Part shown: in pieces, positions 52,959 to 61,270 of the stretch
How the letters are laid out: every line of letters begins with the position of its first letter
Position numbering within the stretch: the stretch's first letter is position 1
Origin: an uncultured Bacteroidales bacterium
Lineage (GTDB): Bacteria > Bacteroidota > Bacteroidia > Bacteroidales > JAADJA01
DNA length: 64,000 nt
Reading direction: 5' to 3'
Assembly: GCA_963840975.1 (NCBI GenBank)
Contig: CAWJBC010000002.1
Coordinates: 580,253 to 644,252, forward strand
Position numbers and translations under genes: made by a program
Notes under the pieces: generated by a model
Seen by the model: only the letters and a program-made list of their open reading frames with translations
Databases searched by the model: none
What the model was told of the DNA's origin: nothing

Positions 52959-54314
52959 ATGTCTGAAAATCAAAACATAGAGTTTAAGCAAACCTGGCGT
53001 GATGAATATCTGAAATGGATATGTGGTTTTGCCAATGCTTACGGAGGAAAAGTTTTTATCGGTCTGGATGACAATGGTAACGCTTTAGGCCTCTCGAATA
53101 CTCAAAAGCTGATGGAAGACATTCCGAATAAAATAGTTAATTATTTAGGAGTGTTAGCAGATGTGAATTTGTTGGAGAACAGGGGTGAGCAATACATTGA
53201 GATTATTGTTACCCCTTCAAGTGTGCCTATTTCTTTCAAAGGGATCTATTATTACCGTTCTGGCAGTACCAAGCAGGAACTTAAAGGAACAGCATTGCAT
53301 CAGTTTCTTTTAAAACGTACCGGACATACATGGGATGACCTGCCTTGTGAAAGTGCTACTTTGCAGGATATTGATACGGATGTTGTAAAATACTTCTTCA
53401 AAAAAGTTGCTGTAAGCAAACGTATCGCCGATAATGCAGGTGATGATGATTTGAAAACAACGCTTGAAAATCTGGATCTTCTATCAAACATTGGTCACCT
53501 GAAAAATGCAGCTTTGTTGCTGTTCGGTAAAAAGCCATCACGGTTTTTTCCATCAGTATCTTTCAAAATAGGCAGGTTTATTGATGGTGATGATGATTTA
53601 CGTTTTCAGGATGTGGTTGAAGGAAATATTCTTCAAATGGCGGACAAAGTACTGGATATCCTGAAATCAAAATACCTGATTTCACCCATCCATTATGAAG
53701 GTCTGCAGCGGATAGAAAGGCTCGAGGTTCCGGAAGATTCGCTCAGGGAAGCTATTTTTAATTCAATAATACATAAGGATTATACCGGAGCTCCGATCCA
53801 GTTGAGCGTTTACAATGATAAAATTATTCTTTGGAATGAAGGCCGGTTACCTGAAGGATTTACCATTGAAACCTTGCTTGAAAAGCATCCCTCAAGACCC
53901 AGCAATAAAAACATTGCAGATATTTTCTTCAAAGCAGGCTTTATTGAGGCCTGGGGCCGGGGTATTGCAAAAATTGTCAATGGTTTTGTTCATTCAGGAT
54001 TACCTGCTCCGGTTTTTACGTTGGCTATGGGTGGTATAATGGTCACCATCAAAAGAGAAATATCAGATCAAGGTGACTCAATTGATCATAAAAATGTTAC
54101 AGAAAACGTTACAGTAAATGTTACAGAAAACAGAAAGGCTATCATACTTGAGATAATTAGAAAAAATAATAGAATTACAACTCAGGAAATGGCTCAAATA
54201 CTCGGAGTAACGCGAATGACAATAGCAAGAGACATTGAATTTTTTAAGCAAAAAGGCATGCTTCATCGCATTGGACCTGCCAAAGGCGGTCACTGGCAAA
54301 TCATTGAAAAATAA
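52959..54314 (+). CDS. AlbA_2 + HATPase_c_4 + wHTH protein, paralogue A3
   Basis: Collinear with A1 over the full length. 'NQNIEFKQTW...ICGFANAYGGKVFIGLDDNG', 'REAIFNSIIHKDY...IEAWGRGIAKI' and an identical tail 'RIGPAKGGHWQIIEK'. Confidence 0.8.
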   Translation: MSENQNIEFKQTWRDEYLKWICGFANAYGGKVFIGLDDNGNALGLSNTQKLMEDIPNKIVNYLGVLADVNLLENRGEQYIEIIVTPSSVPISFKGIYYYRSGSTKQELKGTALHQFLLKRTGHTWDDLPCESATLQDIDTDVVKYFFKKVAVSKRIADNAGDDDLKTTLENLDLLSNIGHLKNAALLLFGKKPSRFFPSVSFKIGRFIDGDDDLRFQDVVEGNILQMADKVLDILKSKYLISPIHYEGLQRIERLEVPEDSLREAIFNSIIHKDYTGAPIQLSVYNDKIILWNEGRLPEGFTIETLLEKHPSRPSNKNIADIFFKAGFIEAWGRGIAKIVNGFVHSGLPAPVFTLAMGGIMVTIKREISDQGDSIDHKNVTENVTVNVTENRKAIILEIIRKNNRITTQEMAQILGVTRMTIARDIEFFKQKGMLHRIGPAKGGHWQIIEK

Positions 54315-54350
54315 TTGAGCACGGAACGAATGATCCCTGAACTGTCAGCC

Positions 54351-54622
54351 GAATTAAGATTGCCTTGCCACAGGCATCCCATTGGGAAAATTGACTAAAG
54401 TTTTGATTGACTAAATTGAAATTGCCAACAGCTAACAGCCAATTGCTAAAAGCTTTTTCAACAGTCAACCCTCAACGGAGAACTGAATTAAGATTGCCTT
54501 GCCACAGGCATCCCTTTGGGAAAATTGACTAAAGTTTTGATTGACTAAATTGAAAAAGCCAACAGCTAACAGCCAATTGCTAACAGCCTTTTCAACTGCC
54601 ATCCGTGAATTGAGAACCAACA
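54351..54622 (+). repeat. 134-bp intergenic repeat, tandem dimer 2 (unit starts 54351 and 54485)
   Basis: Same unit as 50924-51195, with the same 134-nt spacing. Confidence 0.9.
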
Positions 54623-54629
54623 ACAAAAG

Positions 54630-54725
54630 TTTAACCGAGAAAAACCGCAAATTAACCGCGAATTTTACGAATTACACGCTGATTAGCGCAAATAAGCGAT
54701 TAATCTGCGCAATTAGAGGTAAAGA
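54630..54725 (+). repeat. About 95-nt intergenic repeat, family 2, copy b
   Basis: tttaaccgagaaaaaccgcaaattaaccgcgaattttacgaattacacgc..., matching 52671-52768. Confidence 0.7.
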
Positions 54726-54883
54726 CAAACCCGGAACCGAAAGCGCAGCACCGAAAATGGATCAATTAATTTCATGTAATTTGATTACAAACACAGGAAA
54801 AATAATTACGAAAAGCATGCAGGTTGCCGTAAATCTTCAAATAATCAACAATACTGACCGATAATAAAACAGGAAATAATAAA

Positions 54884-55141
54884 ATGAATTTTCAATTTTC
54901 CAAACACTCAATTGAACAGATAAAAATACGCGGCCTTAGCATTGATATTATTTCCGAATTAATTGAGAATCCGGACAAGACCATAACCCATATTTCCGGT
55001 ACCATCATTTATCAAAAGCTTGTCAATGAAGACAATAAATACTATATTTACAGGGTTTTTATAAATAAAGAAAAGAAACCACCACTGGTGATTACAGCAT
55101 ATAAAACATCAAAAATTGAAAAATATGAAGATCAGGTATGA
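54884..55141 (+). CDS. DUF4258-family protein (toxin-like)
   Basis: 'FSKHSIEQIKIRGLSIDIISELIENPD' resembles the DUF4258 N-terminus. 85 aa. It overlaps the next ORF by 26 nt. Confidence 0.6.
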   Translation: MNFQFSKHSIEQIKIRGLSIDIISELIENPDKTITHISGTIIYQKLVNEDNKYYIYRVFINKEKKPPLVITAYKTSKIEKYEDQV

Positions 55142-55319
55142 TAAAGAAACCGACATTGTTTACATCCGTTTTTCGGATTTAGCAATAGCTGAAAGCGATC
55201 AGGAAAAGCCAGGTATTATCCTTGATTATACAAAGAATGGTCAAATTGTCGGCATAGAAATTCTTAATGCCTCTGCCAATATTGAACAGGTTAATGGTAT
55301 TCTTTATGAAGTAGCCTGA
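55116..55319 (+). CDS. DUF2283-family protein (antitoxin-like)
   Basis: 'MKIRYDKETDIVYIRFSD...GIEILNAS' is the classic DUF2283 pattern. 67 aa. Confidence 0.7.
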   Translation: MKNMKIRYDKETDIVYIRFSDLAIAESDQEKPGIILDYTKNGQIVGIEILNASANIEQVNGILYEVA

Positions 55320-55341
55320 ACAAAAGCGAGAACCCTGAACG

Positions 55342-55600
55342 GAATTAAGATTGCCTTGCCACAGGCATCCCTTTGGGAAAATTGACTAAAGTTTTGATTG
55401 ACTAAAATGAAATTGCCAACAGCCAACAGCCAATTGCTAAAAGCCTTTTCAACAGTCAACCCTCAAGGGAGAACTGAATTAAGATTGCCTTGCCACAGGC
55501 ATCCCTTTGGGAAAATTGACTAAAGTTTTGATTGACTAAATTGAAAAAGCCAACAGCCAACAGCCAATTGCTAAAAGCCTTTTTCAACAGTCAAACTCAG
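55342..55600 (+). repeat. 134-bp intergenic repeat, tandem dimer 3 (unit starts 55342 and 55476)
   Basis: Same unit and spacing as the other dimers. The last copy diverges after about nt 120 into a GAAC-rich tract. Confidence 0.9.
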
Positions 55601-55668
55601 AACCCAGAACCCAGAACCCGGAACACAGAACTCAAAACCCGGAACTCAAAACCTTGAACTGAGAACAC
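55594..55668 (+). repeat. A/C-rich 'GAACCC(A/G)'-periodic tract
   Basis: aactcagaacccagaacccagaacccggaacacagaactcaaaacccggaactcaaaaccttgaactgagaac. Confidence 0.6.
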
Positions 55669-55721
55669 AAAAAATGCTCTTTAACTCCATCCATTTCGTA
55701 CTCTAAAAATCTTTAAAAGAA

Positions 55722-57231
55722 ATGATTAACAAAATTATAGAATCAATTAATAATTTTCCTGAACGCAACGCATTCTTTATCAAGGATAAATTCTATACTT
55801 ATGCTCCAGCTTGGGACAGGAGATTTCAAATATAAAAAATGTTTTATTGCCCCATTTACCAAAAGTTTCTCCAAAATATATTGGGGTAATGATGTATGAG
55901 GATTTCGAATCCTATGCATCTTGTATAACTGTTTTACTTTCTGGTTGCGGGTATGTCCCTTTAAACCCATTGAATCCGATAGAGCGTAACCTTGAAGTCA
56001 TTCATCAGGCAGGAGTAAAAATAATTTTATCCAGCAACACAACATCTGAATTAGCATACAATAGGAATAAGAATCTGACATTTATTGATACCGGCAAATT
56101 ACCAGATGGAACCATTGATCTTGAGTTTCCCCCAACAAAAGATGATGATCCGGCTTATGTAATTTTTACTTCCGGCAGTACAGGCAAACCAAAAGGAGCA
56201 CCCATAAGCAGAGGAAATCTAAATGCATTTCTTGATTCTGTCTGGGATATTGGCTGGGATATTAACGAAGAAGACAGGTTTCTTCAAATGTCAAGTATGA
56301 CTTTCGATATGTCCATTCTTACTTTCATTATTCCTCTGTGTGTCGGAGCCTGTATTTATACTGTACCGGAAGATGAGATCAAATACCTTTTTGGATTTAA
56401 GCTTATGGTCGAACAGGGTATCACATTCATTGCCGTTGTTCCTTCTACGCTTATCTTACCTTAAACCATATTTCAGCTCAATCAATCTTACATCAATTCG
56501 ATATTCTCTGGTTTGTGGTGAATCGTTTCCGATAGAATTGGCTAACCTTTGGCAGCAATGTGTTCCTAACGGAAAAATCGTAAATATTTATGGGCCCACG
56601 GAAGCAACGGTATTCACACATTCATACCATTACAGCAAAGGAAACCATGACAAATCTTACAACAACATCATGGCGCTTGGCGACCTGGTGAAGAATATGG
56701 AAACATTGATCCTTGATGAAACTGAAAATGAAGTTGAACAAGGACAAAAAGGAGAATTGTGTATTTCCGGAAAACAACTGACAAGCGGCTACCTTAATAA
56801 TCCTGAAAAAAACCTGGAAAGTTTTTTCATAAAAAAATCCGGTAGTGTTGAAAAAAGATTTTACCGCACAGGTGATATTGTTTTTGTGGATAATGAAAAT
56901 TGTTATTTTTATGTTGGAAGGAAAGATCATCAGGTTAAAATACAAGGGCACCGGGTTGAATTGGGCGATATTGAAAAACACGCCAGAGACATAACGCTTA
57001 CAGAAAATACAATCGCTCTTGCTCAGTTAAACGAATTCGGAAATTATCATATCCATCTTTTTACCGATCAAACTGATTTCAATCGTGAGGATATACTTAA
57101 ATATCTGAAATCCAAATTGCCTTATTATATGATTCCTTCCAATGTGACCAAAAGTGGAAAAAATGCCGATGAATGTTAATGGTAAAATTGACCGGCTTGC
57201 ATTGTTGAAAATGATTAAAAACCGTAAGTAA
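55722..57231 (+). pseudogene. DltA-like adenylation enzyme (AMP-dependent synthetase/ligase, carrier-protein ligase), at least 3-4 frame breaks
   Basis: 'YVIFTSGSTGKPKGA' (A3 core), 'YGPTEATV' (A5), 'YRTGD' (A7), 'GRKDHQVKIQGHRVELGDIE' (A8) and 'NVNGKIDR' (A10, read after a shift at about 57150). Fragments lie in frames 0, 2, 0, 1. Confidence 0.8.
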
Positions 57232-57276
57232 TATTACTTTTGGAACAATAATTATTAAAGATCGAAATCATTCAAT

Positions 57277-57721
57277 ATGAGTGAAGAACTTGAAATATTG
57301 AAAGAGTTTCCATTGAAAATTCAGATTCAGATTCCCTGGGTGGATATGGATATTTATAAGCATGTGAACAATGCCAATTATTTCAGATATTTTGAAGAAG
57401 CGCGAATTAAATACCTTGAGAAAGTTGGTTTTTATGAGCAATATGAAAAAAACGGATTGGCAGGCGTGTTGTCGAATGCGTCCTGTAATTACCTGATTCC
57501 TTTGAAATACCCCGATCTCATTACGGTTGGTACCAGAATAATTGAAATAAAGAATGATGCCCTTCAGATGGAGCAATATATATCCAGCCCTGCATCAGGC
57601 CTGGCTGCTTTCGGAAAATCGGAAATTTGCATTTTCGACTTTAATAAATCCAAAAACAATTAAAGTTCCCGATTATTTAAAGAGAGAAATTGAAAAACTG
57701 GAAAACAAATCGTTTGGATAA
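57277..57721 (+). pseudogene. 4HBT/YbgC-like acyl-CoA (or acyl-carrier) thioesterase, probable frame break near the 3' end
   Basis: 'VDMDIYKHVNNANYFRYFEEARIKYLEKVG' hotdog-fold motif. The tail 'TIKVPDYLKREIEKLENKSFG*' is read after a +1 shift in the A5 run at 57652-56. Confidence 0.65.
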
Positions 57722-57791
57722 TTGAGCGCTTAATACAAGCCTCCAAATTACTAATTTAAGTATTTTTATCCATTTCATAAGATTAAACACT

Positions 57792-58565
57792 ATGACAGCA
57801 ATACCAGAATTAAAACTTGTAAATAATTTGTACAGGTTTTATGATGACTTTATCGGTTTTGAAGATTTTACTATAAAGAAAAGCGAACAATTTGATTTTA
57901 TTGCTTCGCGAAAATATCAATGGCCCGGATATGTTTACAATTTGGAGGCGAATTCAGACAATTGCGATCAACTGATTGATGAATTAGAAAAAAAAATATT
58001 ATCCAAAGAAATTCCTCCATTTTTAATTGTTGATCCAACAAGAGTGCCTGATAATTTTGAAGAAAAAATGGATCAAATTAGAATAAGAAAAATAGATTTT
58101 TGGCCAATTATTTTTATGGATTTGAAGAAAAGTAAATCTTCAATTGCAAAACTAAGCGATTTTATTGTTTAAAAGTTCATGATGAAAAACAGCTTCAGAC
58201 AATGGTATAATATTGTTGTTTCAGTTTTATTTCCCGAGAAAATCTGTTTCCTTTGAATTTTTTCAAACAACGCCTGAATGATAAAAGATATTTATTTCAT
58301 CTTGGTTATTGCGATACTATGCCGGTTACTTCAGTAATGGTTTATATGGATAATAATATTGCAGGAACTTACATGGGAGCCACAGTTAATGAATTTCGTA
58401 AACGAGGTTTTGGAACAGAAATAGTTAAGAGAGCTATTTTAGATGCGAGAAAAATCAGGTTGCATGTATGCGACAGCTCAATCAAGCCGAATGGGATTTC
58501 CTGTTTGGCAACAGATGGGATTTAAGCAGTTCAAATACACTGGATGTTTATTGGATGCTTGGTGA
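57792..58565 (+). pseudogene. GNAT-family N-acetyltransferase-like gene, at least 4 frame breaks
   Basis: Fragments reassemble to '...KVHDEKQLQT/WYNIVVSVLFPE/NLFPLNFF...GATVNEFRKRGFGTEIVKRAILDARK/SGCMYATAQSSRMGFPVWQQMGFK', i.e. R-x-x-G-x-G/A and a C-terminal GNAT pattern. Confidence 0.5.
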
Positions 58566-58596
58566 ACATATACAAATAATTAAATAATTTTAATAA

Positions 58597-58845
58597 ATGG
58601 AAAAAAACGAAATTTTACAGGAACTGAATCCTATTTTCAGAGAGATTTTTAATGATCAATCAATTAATGTTACTACAAACACCAATGCATCAGATATTGA
58701 TGAATGGGATTCATTGAATCATGCCATTATGGTATCAAAAGTTGAAAAACATTTCAAGATCAAATTCGAATTGATGGAAATGCTTAATTTCAAAAATGTT
58801 GGAAACATGGTGGATGTTATTGAAAGGAAACTTGCTTCAAAATAA
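58597..58845 (+). CDS. Acyl/D-alanyl carrier protein (DltC-like)
   Basis: 82 aa, acidic, with 'DIDEWDSLNHAIMV' (phosphopantetheine Ser in DSL). Confidence 0.8.
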   Translation: MEKNEILQELNPIFREIFNDQSINVTTNTNASDIDEWDSLNHAIMVSKVEKHFKIKFELMEMLNFKNVGNMVDVIERKLASK

Positions 58846-58864
58846 TCCGGTATTTTATTACAGC

Positions 58865-60294
58865 ATGTTGTTTAATTCTTTTGAGTTTCTGATTTTTTTA
58901 CCGGTTGTTGTTCTTGTATATTATATTATACCAAACAACAACTATTAAGCGGATCGTTCTTATTCTGGCAAGTATCTTTTTTATTGTCAGTGCCAATGTT
59001 TTTTCGTTATTAATCATTTCATTAATTTCTGTTTTTAATTACTTTATAGGATTAGAAATTGCAAAAAATAAAGATTTAAAAGTTGTAAAAGGGCTTTTTC
59101 TTCTGGCTGTTTTAATCAATGTTGGTAACCTTTTCTTTTTTAAATACTACGATTTTTTCAATGAAAATTTAAGTATTGCATTGGGGTTGATAAACATTAA
59201 AAATCCTTTGCCTTTTGTTCATATTTTTCTTCCGCTCGGTATTTCATTTTACACGTTTTCAGTTCTTGGATATATTATTGATATCAGGATAAATAAAATT
59301 AAACCGGAAAAAGACTTTTTTGCCTTTCTGAACTATGTTTTCTTTTTCTCAAAATTATTGGCGGGACCCATTGACAGGGCACAGAATTTTCTTCCTCAAT
59401 CCCATCAGGAGAAGTCAATTACTTATGAAAATTTTTCAATTGGGGGGAAACTTATTATCTGGGGATTTTTTCAGAAACTTGTTATCGCTGACCGAATCAG
59501 TATTTATGTTGATACTATTTACCAAAATGTTGGAATACATTCTGGTATTACAATTATGGTTTGCCTTGTCCTTTATACTTTTCAGATTTATGCTGATTTT
59601 TCAGGTTATACAGATATTGCACGTGGAATAGCACGTATTCTGGGGTACGACCTGATGGAAAACTTCCGCAGACCTTTGCTTGCCAATTCCATTACCGAAT
59701 TCTGGAGACGATGGCATATTTCACTTTCATCATGGGTCAATGATTATGTATATACACCCTTATCATTGAAATACAGAAATCTTGGAATTTATGGAATTAT
59801 CTTAGCCCTTTTTATCAGCTTCTTTATTGTTGGAATATGGCATGGAGCGCTGTGGACATTTGTTTTATTTGGATTTTTACAAGGAATCATCATTACATTT
59901 GAATTTTTAACCCTCAGGAAACGAAAGAAGATATTTAAGCAGCTTCCCCGGAAATTGGTTCATACAGGCGGAATAATAATAACTTTTATAATCGTTGTAC
60001 TTAGCCTGGTATTCTTCCGGGCTCCAACATTTAATACAGCAGCTCTTGTCTTTGAAAGAATTACTGCATCCGGTAATTTTTTTATTGGTTCAGTTGCAGT
60101 ACTTATTTATTCATTTGCAGGAATTGTCATTCTTGCTTTCACATGATATTGTGAAAGAATATTTCAACAGAGATATTCTCAAAATCAGGTCAAGATTTTT
60201 GATTATCAGGATACTTCCTTATGCTGCGCTGGTAATAATTATTTTAATGATCGGAGTTTTTGATGGAGGTCAATTTATTTATTTTGCCTTTTAG
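58865..60294 (+). pseudogene. MBOAT-family membrane O-acyltransferase (DltB/AlgI-like), two frame breaks
   Basis: 'MLFNSFEFLIFLPVVV' start, 'FWRRWHISLSSW' (catalytic His region) and a C-terminus ending 'FIYFAF'. Fragments lie in frames 2, 0, 1. Confidence 0.85.
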
Positions 60295-60295
60295 A

Positions 60296-61210
60296 ATGGG
60301 ATCATATAAAAAAATCTTAAAAGCGATAATAATTTTCATCACAATTTTAATCATGTCCGATCAAATAGTTGGCAGGCTTTTGCGAAAATATTACTTTTCA
60401 ATGAAATCAGGCACTAATGCTAAAATCACCTATATTGCTGAAAAGACAAATGCAGATCTTCTCGTTTTTGGCAGTTCTGCGGCATCACACAATTATAATA
60501 CGGAATTATTAGAGAAAAAATTAGGTATTAAGAGTTATAATGCCGGAAGGGACGGAACAGGTTTACTCTATTCTTATGGATTACTTCAGATGGTACTTCA
60601 GAGATACACCCCTCAAATTGTAATTCTTGACTTTCATCCGGCAAGTCTGAATAAAAATTATACTGATGATGAAAGAATCGCACCTTTGCTTCCCTATTAT
60701 CAGGATCATCCTGAAATAAGAGAATTAATTTTAAACCGAAGTAAATTTGAAAAATTCAAAATGTTTTCGAAAATATATCCGTACAATTCACTTAATTTGG
60801 GATATTTTTCGGAGTCAAAATGAAAATAAGAAAAAGAACTTTTTGTCAGCAAATGGTTATTTACCACTAGATGGAAAGATAAAGCCCGGATTAGCAATTC
60901 CACCTCCGGATCAAATGATAATTGGTTCCGATAAAGTTAAATTATTCATGAATATTGTCAATCTTGTAAAATCTCATCAATATCAGAATGATTGTGGTTC
61001 TTCCACCCGAATACATTAAGCGTCATACTCTATCCTATGGACTCTATCCAGTCAATCTGTCGCAAGAGTGGTGCTGAAATTTTTGACTTTTCCAATGATT
61101 CTGTGCTAATAAATACTCATGACTTTTACTTTGATTATGTTCATTTGAACCAATATGGTGCTGATTTCTTCTCAAACAAACTGGCAGACTCTATCTTGTT
61201 AAAAAAATAG
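60296..61210 (+). pseudogene. Membrane-anchored SGNH/DltD-like protein, three frame breaks
   Basis: N-terminal TM anchor, 'LLVFGSSAASH' (GDS-like block I) and C-terminal 'DYVHLNQYGADFF' (block V D-x-x-H). Fragments lie in frames 2, 0, 1, 2. Confidence 0.55.
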
Positions 61211-61270
61211 ATTTAAATTTAACATCCGAATTAATTAATAAATCATTGTTCAAAATAAATATTTTTTTAT

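Noticed and set aside
54465-54864. ORFs 54541-54864 (+, 107 aa) and 54465-54650 (-, 61 aa) from the ORF track
   Set aside because: They lie entirely within the 134-bp and family-2 repeats. Their 'proteins' are low-complexity translations of repeat words (PTANSQLLTAF..., LTANFTNYTLISANKRL). The same DNA elsewhere has no conserved frame.
50924-55600. 134-bp repeats as a CRISPR array
   Set aside because: The units are 134 nt and directly abutting in pairs. The 'spacers' between pairs are kilobase-scale protein-coding genes. No cas genes are present.
50924-55600. 134-bp repeats as integron attC sites (gene-cassette array)
   Set aside because: The cassette-like layout is suggestive. However, I could not find RYYYAAC / GTTRRRY core sites or the required imperfect inverted-repeat symmetry across the unit, and no IntI-type integrase is in the window. 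I keep only a generic 'cassette boundary' hypothesis.
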